Virus record (IMG/VR): IMGVR_UViG_3300032219_001111
Coordinates: 1 to 32,062 of that record
Length of the DNA stretch: 32,062 bases
Origin: a virus
Lineage: Duplodnaviria; Caudoviricetes
Strand: one strand, 5' to 3'
The translations under genes were made by a program, and so were the position numbers. Positions 24,985-32,062 of this stretch are shown piece after piece. Numbering within the stretch: position 1 is the first letter of the stretch; every line of letters starts with the position of its first letter. Under the pieces are notes generated by a model. The model saw only the letters and a program-made list of their open reading frames with translations. It did not search any database and had not been told where the DNA came from.

Positions 24985-25817
24985 CGTCTGCCAGACCTTC
25001 CCAAAGATGCAATACCGCCCGTTAACGCACTCGTAAGACCGCCCAACACACCTCTTGGCTGACGCAAAGTGCTACGAGACGGCGCGGGAGGCGGCGTGTA
25101 AGCCGGGTTCTGCATATAGAACGATGGCGGCGGTGCATAAAACTCTTGGTAGCCACGGTTCATCACATCAAACGCAGAGTATGGATCCATGCCATACGTT
25201 GCCACGCCAAATGCAGTCCTCGGGCTAGCGTAATTTTCATACTGCTCCTGATACACCGGCTGATAAAACTGACGCTCTCCAGAAGGGCGGGCCCCGCTGA
25301 TCTGCGACAGCTGCAGATCTTGCAAGCGGCTCATCATCGTATCTTGTGAGGGGCCAAGGTTTACTTGGTCCATGCCCGGCAACTTGCTTGCTGGAGCTGG
25401 AGCTGGAGCTGGCGGGTTTTGATAATTTTGCTGAAACGGATTGTATGGGTTAAATGGTTGGTTTAAATAATTGCTTGCCGTCACTGGTGCCGGTGCTGGA
25501 GTTGGCGCGGGCGTCGGAGCAGGAGGTGCCATGCTCTGAACAGTGTTGTAGAACTGACTTTGAAAATTTGCCGGGTTAATCTGGCCTGTTGCAAAGCCCT
25601 GAGCTAGCTGGTTATAAATAGCCGGGTTGATCTGTTGTGGACCAGTCCCAACACCAGCAAGACCAAGCTGGCCAAAACCCTGACGGATCATGGCATCTTG
25701 CTGGTTTGTGATGTATTGCGGCGATTGGTTGCTTGGCATAGTGGATTGACCGGTCTGGCCGCCCAACATGCTAGAAACCGACTGCCCCATCCCACCAAGT
25801 GATCCGCCTCCAGCCAT
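24981..25817 (-). CDS. Pro/Gln-rich virion-associated protein
   Basis: GGAG RBS; PAPTPAP tracts; C-terminal GGIASL. Confidence 0.7.
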   Translation of the reverse strand: MAGGGSLGGMGQSVSSMLGGQTGQSTMPSNQSPQYITNQQDAMIRQGFGQLGLAGVGTGPQQINPAIYNQLAQGFATGQINPANFQSQFYNTVQSMAPPAPTPAPTPAPAPVTASNYLNQPFNPYNPFQQNYQNPPAPAPAPASKLPGMDQVNLGPSQDTMMSRLQDLQLSQISGARPSGERQFYQPVYQEQYENYASPRTAFGVATYGMDPYSAFDVMNRGYQEFYAPPPSFYMQNPAYTPPPAPSRSTLRQPRGVLGGLTSALTGGIASLGRSGRR

Positions 25818-25827
25818 TTCAATCTCC

Positions 25828-26802
25828 TTATGCCGGCAACAGTTTGCGGGCTTTGCTATCTACGGCCACTCGGTTCTTGCCGGTGGTCTTGCCGCGACGG
25901 GCTTGAACGCGGTCCATCATCTTGTACAGATGACGCGCACCAGCATCAGTTGATCCATTGCCCAGCTCAGACACAATGCGGGCCGGGACTACAAACTCAC
26001 CATCAGCCAAACGGGCAGGTTGCTTGCGGCCAATCATCGCAGGGATGCCATCCGATACACCATCGCCCGGACCCTTGAGCAAACTACCACCATCGGAGTA
26101 GTGGCCCAAATTGGCAATCCCACCGTCAGCCATATAGTTAACGGGGAAAGAATTTTGCTGGAAGTTGCTAGACGGCTCAATTGAAGAAATGTTGCGGCGC
26201 GGATCACCGCCAACAGAGATGTTTCCACCGGGCAGATTGGTAATGCCACCATCTGCATAGGCTACGCTGGGGCGGAACTTGCGCGGGTCATATTTAAAAC
26301 GCTTGAGCGGTTGGTAGCCATCATCTTCTTTAAGGTAGTTCGGCTCCATCAACTTGCTCAACAAAGTGCTACCAACAACACCAACGCCAATCTTTTCCGG
26401 CGTCGACAGAGCATTATATTTGCCCATGAGGTTTCCAAAGAAACCTGGCTGACCAGCAGGAGCTACAGCATTCGCAATCCCCGGCACACCTGCTTGAATA
26501 GCGTTAGCACCAGCCAAAGTGGCCGGAATCCCATTCATTCCAGACTGCACCAGACCGGACGCTGCTGGATCTACAAAACTTGTGAGCATGCCTTGGGTGG
26601 CGTTTGCCCCCAGGGCTTGATTTGCTGCCGCTGCTGCCGGGTTAACAGTTTCTGTGACCGGTGTAGCTCCGCCAAGACGCAAGGCACTACCGGCGCCGCC
26701 CATTGCAGCGCCCGTCACCACGCCTTGCGCCAGGTCATCTCCAGTCAACAGCGCTTTGGTACCACCTATGGCTGCCCCAATAAGCATCGCCTCACCGGAC
26801 AT
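25828..26802 (-). CDS. Virion-associated protein with ADGG repeats and a GPGDGxSD...DGEFV domain
   Basis: YADGGI, MADGGI and YSDGG repeats followed by GPGDGVSDGIPA...ARLADGEFVVP. Confidence 0.78.
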   Translation of the reverse strand: MSGEAMLIGAAIGGTKALLTGDDLAQGVVTGAAMGGAGSALRLGGATPVTETVNPAAAAANQALGANATQGMLTSFVDPAASGLVQSGMNGIPATLAGANAIQAGVPGIANAVAPAGQPGFFGNLMGKYNALSTPEKIGVGVVGSTLLSKLMEPNYLKEDDGYQPLKRFKYDPRKFRPSVAYADGGITNLPGGNISVGGDPRRNISSIEPSSNFQQNSFPVNYMADGGIANLGHYSDGGSLLKGPGDGVSDGIPAMIGRKQPARLADGEFVVPARIVSELGNGSTDAGARHLYKMMDRVQARRGKTTGKNRVAVDSKARKLLPA

Positions 26803-26836
26803 ATATCCCCCTGCAAATTTTGCACATTGTATGGTC

Positions 26837-27088
26837 TTAAACTTTTATCTTCAACGTGTTAGTCGCTGAGTCACGGTACACATCCCCTACCCGCAAGTTA
26901 GCAAGATCAGCCTGAGTAGGTAAAGTACTAATATTAATATTTAGATTTGCAATATTAATTTGTTGCACCGAATTAATGCTATTAAAAAACAACCGCAAAA
27001 TGTTGTTTAGCTGGTCTATGTATTGTTGGCTGTATTCTTTGGGGGCCAACGGCAAATTTGGTACGGCTTGGTTTTGCAACAAACTCAT
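26837..27088 (-). CDS. Small tail-associated protein
   Basis: PNLPLAPKEY...LRLFFN...GDVYRD...LKIK; immediately follows the tail gene, GGAG RBS. Confidence 0.75.
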   Translation of the reverse strand: MSLLQNQAVPNLPLAPKEYSQQYIDQLNNILRLFFNSINSVQQINIANLNINISTLPTQADLANLRVGDVYRDSATNTLKIKV

Positions 27089-27090
27089 AA

Positions 27091-29199
27091 TTATCTCCGG
27101 CCATCTTTGCGGATATCAATCCGCGGCGCGCCCAACTGCCACGTCGTACCAAGCTGGTTTGATTCAATTTCAAAAATCAACTGCCGCCCTCTTACGCGTG
27201 TGTATACTTGCCCATTGAATTCTTCAGTTATGTTGTACGTGGTACTTAACGTTACCGCTTTGGTTTCGGCGTTGCCAACACCAGAGCCTGAGTTCTGCAT
27301 TGGATAGAGCGTCAAAGTAACTTGCGGCTGGCTGCCGTTTGGAGCTGCGCTGGAACCAGAAAACGTCAAGTCAGGCAGTACGCGCCACACGTAACCAAAG
27401 TTGTGCCCGTCATCAATGTCAAACTCAGACGACGAGATGTACGCGTTAATAGCTACCGCAGTGCCGGTCTCATTGTCATCCACACCATCTTCGTGATTGA
27501 CAATATAGCCGTTGTAGGTCGTTGCAATTGGGTAAGGCAACAAGCCTGAGTCCAGCCACGCCGATCGGCCCATGGTGCCGTAGTGCCAAACATTCTCAAG
27601 ATAGTTGTAGACCACATACCTATCAGTGGTGCTGCTGTTTTCAGAGGGATAGAACCACCAGACTTCGTTGAAACCTTCGTTAGTACCAGCGTAGACCTGT
27701 TGCGCTTGTTGAATATTGAAGTCTTGAAACACATACCGCCGCAAGTCACAGGTCAGCGTTTGCACGCGACCGTCGTATTTGTAAAACTTATCCACGCCCA
27801 TCCAGTAGATAACACCCGAAGCAATGATTGCCGCGTTAGGGCTAAGAATGGATATATTGTCACCCAGTAGCTGAACGCCCCAAACAAGCGGTGCACCAAG
27901 GTACTGCATGGAATACAGTGTCGAGTCCGTAAAGACCGCGATTTCCTGACGAGTCTGAATGGCAGTGATGATTTCCGAACCATGCGATAGTTTTAGGCTG
28001 CCGGCTTGGTTGGTTGCAGATGGATCCCATGTAAACGGATCTTCTTGATCAGACCAGCGAATGAGCATTGGGTCTAGCACCGTGCTGCCATAGTCATTCG
28101 TACCAAACACAATCACAAACCGCGACGCGTCCGACACAGTCATGAAGTTTTGGTACAGCGGTGTCTCTGCATCTCCAATATCAACAAAGTCGATACCACG
28201 AGCCGAGATGCGCTGTATGCCTGACCCGGCCGAGCTGGTAGTAATGGGCGCGCCACCAGCGCTAGTGGCTACGCTAAACGTGCCGCCGGTTGAGTTCACC
28301 ACAAAGTACACAGTCCCAACACTCAGGCCAGTCGGCAGAGCACCAGTAGAAGTAAATGTGATGGCAGTGTCGTCAACAAAGTTAAATCCTGCGGGCAACG
28401 TAATGATGCCAGGCGTGCCCGAACTGATGGTGACTTGAATGTCACTCGGACCTACTTCTGCTTCCCAGTAGTACAAACCACCACCACGCGGACCGTAGAT
28501 CAGGTTCTGACCAAAGTTGGTTTGATTCCATAGTTGAATAGAAGTAGGCGTCGTTGAGCCTATGCCCCACGTGCCCTGCCCCCATGTGCCCGCACCCCAA
28601 CCAACAAGAGGCACCTCAAATGACGGGCCAGTATTGACTTGGTATTGCGTAACAACCGAACCACCGCCTGGCGAGCCCGACACATCAGTAGCATTTGCCG
28701 TAGCCGACACCGTGATGGTGTAGGCATTGATGCTAATAACAGTGACTTGAAACTGACCGGTCAGTACGGCAGCCGTAATGTTTCCGCCCAGCCCTGTGAT
28801 ACCTGAACCGCTATAAGTTACATAGTCTCCAGTCACGCAGCCATGGTCGGTATCTGCAACCGTAATAGTCGACGATCCGTTTGTAGCTGTGAATGGGTTG
28901 GTTAACGTGACCGTGCTACGAATGGGAGTTACGTCGTTATATGCGCCACCCTGGCTGATGTAGAACTTAAGATTGGTGCCAATGCCCACCAAATTCTGAT
29001 TGGCTAGCGTCACCCAGTTCCACAAAGAGCGGCATGTACCTAGAAAGGTGTTGCTACTGAACTGAGTCCATCCGCCGATCTTTTCGGGATTGCCTTGGCG
29101 GAAGCGAATCTTGTCGCACTCATACCAGCCACCTTCAGTGGTGTATCGAGTGTTTTCCCGGTTAACGCCCGGCTTGTAGAGGATCTTCTGTAGCGCCAT
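27091..29199 (-). CDS. Tail tube/DNA stabilization protein (P22 gp10/T7 gp12-like) with inserted beta-rich domains
   Basis: KPGVNRENT...WYECDKIRFRQG.PEKIGGW, IRWSDQE, YWMG, EVWWFYP, C-terminal RVRGRQ...WQLG.PRID...DGRR. Confidence 0.82.
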   Translation of the reverse strand: MALQKILYKPGVNRENTRYTTEGGWYECDKIRFRQGNPEKIGGWTQFSSNTFLGTCRSLWNWVTLANQNLVGIGTNLKFYISQGGAYNDVTPIRSTVTLTNPFTATNGSSTITVADTDHGCVTGDYVTYSGSGITGLGGNITAAVLTGQFQVTVISINAYTITVSATANATDVSGSPGGGSVVTQYQVNTGPSFEVPLVGWGAGTWGQGTWGIGSTTPTSIQLWNQTNFGQNLIYGPRGGGLYYWEAEVGPSDIQVTISSGTPGIITLPAGFNFVDDTAITFTSTGALPTGLSVGTVYFVVNSTGGTFSVATSAGGAPITTSSAGSGIQRISARGIDFVDIGDAETPLYQNFMTVSDASRFVIVFGTNDYGSTVLDPMLIRWSDQEDPFTWDPSATNQAGSLKLSHGSEIITAIQTRQEIAVFTDSTLYSMQYLGAPLVWGVQLLGDNISILSPNAAIIASGVIYWMGVDKFYKYDGRVQTLTCDLRRYVFQDFNIQQAQQVYAGTNEGFNEVWWFYPSENSSTTDRYVVYNYLENVWHYGTMGRSAWLDSGLLPYPIATTYNGYIVNHEDGVDDNETGTAVAINAYISSSEFDIDDGHNFGYVWRVLPDLTFSGSSAAPNGSQPQVTLTLYPMQNSGSGVGNAETKAVTLSTTYNITEEFNGQVYTRVRGRQLIFEIESNQLGTTWQLGAPRIDIRKDGRR

Positions 29200-29201
29200 G
29201 G

Positions 29202-29645
29202 TCAGCTCATATACAAAGAGGCTTCATCTTTACGGCGCTTAACAAGTCCCGGAAGCTCCTTGCCGCCCGCCTTCGTGTACTTCATCAGACCGCGAACAGC
29301 ACCTTCCTTGTCATCACGATTGGTGCACATGCGCACCGAACTACGCTGCAGGCCGCCTAGCCCCAGATTAAACGAAAAGCTGACCAAGGCGTCAAACTGC
29401 CCTTGAGTAAGATCACCAGGGCACATACGAAGAACGCCTCTTTCAAAACGTCGTAGGTCAGCCGCAAGTATCTGATCAACCTCGTCCGGCGAGAGTGTTC
29501 GATTCCACTCTGGCGGCAGCGTTTTGCCATCCCCGATAAGGTGCCCAACCCCCACCGTCCATAGCCCAGCTGGGCATTTGTATGGCTTTGGCCTAACACC
29601 CTCATGGTGCTTGATCATGGCTTTGCATTTGTCAGAAGCTTTCAT
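29202..29645 (-). CDS. Endolysin, GH24 (T4-like) lysozyme
   Basis: HEG...YKCPAGLWTVGVGH, QFDALVSFSFNLG, GLVKRRKDE. Confidence 0.93.
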   Translation of the reverse strand: MKASDKCKAMIKHHEGVRPKPYKCPAGLWTVGVGHLIGDGKTLPPEWNRTLSPDEVDQILAADLRRFERGVLRMCPGDLTQGQFDALVSFSFNLGLGGLQRSSVRMCTNRDDKEGAVRGLMKYTKAGGKELPGLVKRRKDEASLYMS

Positions 29646-30127
29646 TTCTTCTGAAATGCTTGACTACCAAACCAGAACGCAATGATGGTGGCCAGGATCT
29701 GCATCTCTTGGTCGTCAAAGCAAAGCTCCATTGCCTTAGCAAAGTCCACGCCAGTCGACCACGCCCACCAAATGCCAGAGATGTCTACGACGACAAGCAG
29801 CGCCACAAACAGGTAAGTAACAACGGGACGCACAGAAGCGCGAAGGTTGATCACCCATTGGGATGCACCCTCACCAATCTTCATGTCGTGCTGGTACAAA
29901 GCTTCACGCTCTTTGTAGTAGCCCTCTGTCTGCACCTCTTCCAGCTTGATCTCTTCAATCTTCTGCTGGGCAACGAAACCACGCTCCGCCATGGCCAGTT
30001 CGCGCTCGTTCTGGATACGGGCAAGCTCTAACTCATGACGCTTGTCTGATTTGTCCTGAAAGAAGTCGAGGATCTTTGGAAGACCGGAGGAGGCAAAGCC
30101 CAGGATGGTAGACAGGATGGTAAACAT
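29642..30127 (-). CDS. Putative holin (3TM holin-like)
   Basis: Hydrophobic segments with LRASVRPVVTY and IIAFWFGS motifs; directly upstream of the endolysin. Confidence 0.75.
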   Translation of the reverse strand: MFTILSTILGFASSGLPKILDFFQDKSDKRHELELARIQNERELAMAERGFVAQQKIEEIKLEEVQTEGYYKEREALYQHDMKIGEGASQWVINLRASVRPVVTYLFVALLVVVDISGIWWAWSTGVDFAKAMELCFDDQEMQILATIIAFWFGSQAFQKK

Positions 30128-30396
30128 CAGCGACGCTCCTTTGTGCGCTCTTCCAGTAGGCGGACACGCACCTCTAACTCTTGGATGCGCGTCACCAAGT
30201 CTTCTTTGAGCTGGGCTCTTGCCGCAGCAGACAGGGGCGAATCAGTCGGCACGCCCTGCGGAGTAATCAGCGCCGGCATCTTGGACTTGATGTCGATCAG
30301 GTCAGACTGCAGGGAGTTGACTGAAGTAATCATCCAACCCACCGCTGCCACAAGGATGGGAAAGACCATTGGAACAATGTTTCCCCAGTTCATCAT
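30127..30396 (-). CDS. Membrane-anchored coiled-coil protein
   Basis: N-terminal TM helix and heptad C-terminus; coupled to both neighbours. Confidence 0.7.
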   Translation of the reverse strand: MMNWGNIVPMVFPILVAAVGWMITSVNSLQSDLIDIKSKMPALITPQGVPTDSPLSAAARAQLKEDLVTRIQELEVRVRLLEERTKERR

Positions 30397-30563
30397 TTCC
30401 CCCTCATCCTTTCGTTGAACAGCTCAAACAGAACGCGCACCTTTTCTTTCAGCTGCTCGATGTCAGAGTGAGACTTGGCCAACCAGAAGACGAGCGCAGT
30501 AAACCCCACGGCGATCGGCCATAGGGTGTTAATGACGTCTAAAAAGCCAACATCTTCTTTCAT
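30393..30563 (-). CDS. Small membrane protein (56 aa)
   Basis: MKEDVGFLDVINTLWPIAVGFTALVFWLAKSHSDIEQLKEKVRVLFELFNERMRGK*; ATGA overlap downstream. Not in the ORF track. Confidence 0.72.
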   Translation of the reverse strand: MKEDVGFLDVINTLWPIAVGFTALVFWLAKSHSDIEQLKEKVRVLFELFNERMRGK

Positions 30564-30568
30564 AGCCT

Positions 30569-31183
30569 CTACACCAACTTTTGCAGTATCGACGGCAGAA
30601 ACTTGTCCTCGCTATTCACTAACTTGGCGCAGAACCAGATCGGCAAGGTTACTCGCATTCCCTTCTTGACCTCATAGACACCGTGTTCTGCGGTCTCATC
30701 CGACGGAAAGATAACGGTCGAACCTACCTTTGGAACGCTTATGTAATCGTTGCCATGCTCCGTTTGAACAAACGTCGCTCCGCCTTCATACCCTTCGTTT
30801 AAGTAGGTGATGCTGGTAAAGATCCGGTGACGCAAGATGTCGTTGTCGCCGGAGTAACCATTGTCCTTGTGCCTTGGATGGCTCTTGCCTACTTTCCACA
30901 ACACAATCGTCGTGTGCTCAGGAAAAACAATCTGGTTAAAACACTGTTTGACTAGGCTGACTACGTTGGCTCTATGGTCTATGACCTTGCGTAGCAGCGC
31001 TTTATCTTGCAGTTCGTGCCAAACCAAAGTGTCGCCATCGTGCCAAGGCATCTTCTCGTCATCTTGGCGTTGCTCCGCACCCTTTTGAGAAATGATCAGA
31101 TCAGACAGGGCAGCGCACGTCTCCGGGTCTATGACGCCGTCAAACCTAAAGATGTGCTTGCTGCCTGTGTCAATTTGCTCCAA
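30569..31183 (-). CDS. 2OG-Fe(II) oxygenase (prolyl 4-hydroxylase-like)
   Basis: HKD (HxD)...TYLNEGYEGGAT...FPS...HGV.EV..GMRVT..IWF. Confidence 0.9.
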   Translation of the reverse strand: MEQIDTGSKHIFRFDGVIDPETCAALSDLIISQKGAEQRQDDEKMPWHDGDTLVWHELQDKALLRKVIDHRANVVSLVKQCFNQIVFPEHTTIVLWKVGKSHPRHKDNGYSGDNDILRHRIFTSITYLNEGYEGGATFVQTEHGNDYISVPKVGSTVIFPSDETAEHGVYEVKKGMRVTLPIWFCAKLVNSEDKFLPSILQKLV

Positions 31184-31197
31184 TCCATGCCCCTTGC

Positions 31198-32061
31198 TTA
31201 GACAGTCGGTGATCCGCCTGAGCCACCTCTACCACCACCACCAGCAGACGCATCGCCCACGGCTACGTTGGCACCCCCAGATTGGCCCTGTCCAGAAATG
31301 CCAGAACCACCAGAATAAACACTGCCATCACCGCCACCAGCGCCACCACCAGAGCCGCCCGAACCACCCGACCCACGATTCGCACCATAACCGCCGCCGG
31401 TAGCCGTCAGTGCTGACGGGAAATCAACTGACGAATCCGAGCCAGAGCTGCCATTGCCCTGCGATCCGGCCGAGCCGCCACCACCAACAACCACGGTGTA
31501 AGTAACACCAGCTGTGACCGACTCGCTGACGAAGGACAACATACCGCCCGCGCCACCGCCGCCACCACCGCCACCGCCAATAGAGCCACCGCCACCGCCA
31601 CCGCCACCGGCAACAACCACATAACCAGCGCTCGTAACTCCAGTCGGGAAAGCAATGGTGCCCGAGCCAGTAAACGTATAGACCCTATTGTTTCCTGAAG
31701 GGTTTGAGTACGTCGGGCCACCCGTTACGGTAGCCAAGCTGGCAGACGAGAACCGAACTATAACAACACCGGAACCGCCAGAGCCGCCCGTGGACCCACT
31801 ACTACCACCACCGCCACCACCGCCACCACCCAGGTTGGCCGAGCCAGCACCACCAGTGCCTGATCCGCTAGCGCCATTACCGCCGCCGCCAGACCCACCG
31901 GAACCACCAGACGAAGTACCACCGCCGCCACCACCACCCGCGTAGGTAATGGTTGACCCAGAGGTTGCATTAGCAAGACCAGCACCGCCCGTACCACCAT
32001 TGAGTGCCGCTGGTGGTGGTGGCGGGGGAGGCGGCCCTGGAGGCGGCCCTGGAGGGGGCGG
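31198..32061 (-). CDS. Partial (5'-truncated) glycine-rich virion/tail protein with a polyproline tract
   Basis: The frame is open from the window edge: PPPPGPPPGPPPPPPPAALNGGTGG...YAGGGGG...GSGVVIVRF...YTFTGSGT...VVVAGGGGG. The track start at 31737 is internal. Confidence 0.82.
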   Translation of the reverse strand, partial: PPPPGPPPGPPPPPPPPAALNGGTGGAGLANATSGSTITYAGGGGGGGTSSGGSGGSGGGGNGASGSGTGGAGSANLGGGGGGGGGSSGSTGGSGGSGVVIVRFSSASLATVTGGPTYSNPSGNNRVYTFTGSGTIAFPTGVTSAGYVVVAGGGGGGGGSIGGGGGGGGGAGGMLSFVSESVTAGVTYTVVVGGGGSAGSQGNGSSGSDSSVDFPSALTATGGGYGANRGSGGSGGSGGGAGGGDGSVYSGGSGISGQGQSGGANVAVGDASAGGGGRGGSGGSPTV

Positions 32062-32062
32062 A

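Noticed and set aside
26900-27010. AT-rich stretch as a replication origin
   Set aside because: It lies inside an intact CDS encoding Asn/Ile-rich sequence, and no iterons are visible.
13354-29605. Many antisense or alternate-frame ORFs in the track
   Set aside because: They shadow long - strand genes and lack motifs or RBS support.
31200-32062. (CCA/CCG)n-like simple repeats as a DNA repeat element
   Set aside because: They are explained by Gly and Pro codons of the - strand protein.

Overview
This window is part of a dsDNA tailed phage genome with a podovirus-like virion module; a proteobacterial host is inferred from the sigma70-type promoters and gene content. From left to right it holds: (1) a + strand run of small, tightly coupled early genes (1-3953) ending in a sigma70 region-4-like HTH protein; (2) a - strand replication block of ParB-like protein, SF2 helicase and Toprim primase (3907-7450); (3) a roughly 650-bp non-coding region (7451-8106); (4) a - strand recombination operon (Cas4-like/PD-(D/E)XK nuclease, DUF3310, ERF, SSB-like, RHH-like, HNH/Ref-like) with a divergent RusA; (5) a - strand virion block with a 2937-aa polyvalent protein (ParB-like, two ART-like, HExxH peptidase and LPD38-like domains), ejection proteins, a GNAT-like protein and a tail protein; (6) lysis genes, a 2OG-Fe(II) oxygenase and a Gly/Pro-rich protein cut by the window edge. 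The most striking result is the non-coding region. Read on the - strand it contains a complete type I hammerhead ribozyme inside a roughly 200-nt RNA with competing pairings, a sigma70 promoter, a leader with a 25-bp terminator-like helix and an alternative pairing, and a further multi-stem RNA, all directly upstream of the replication genes. All protein family calls come from motif recognition by eye; no database searches or folding programs were run.
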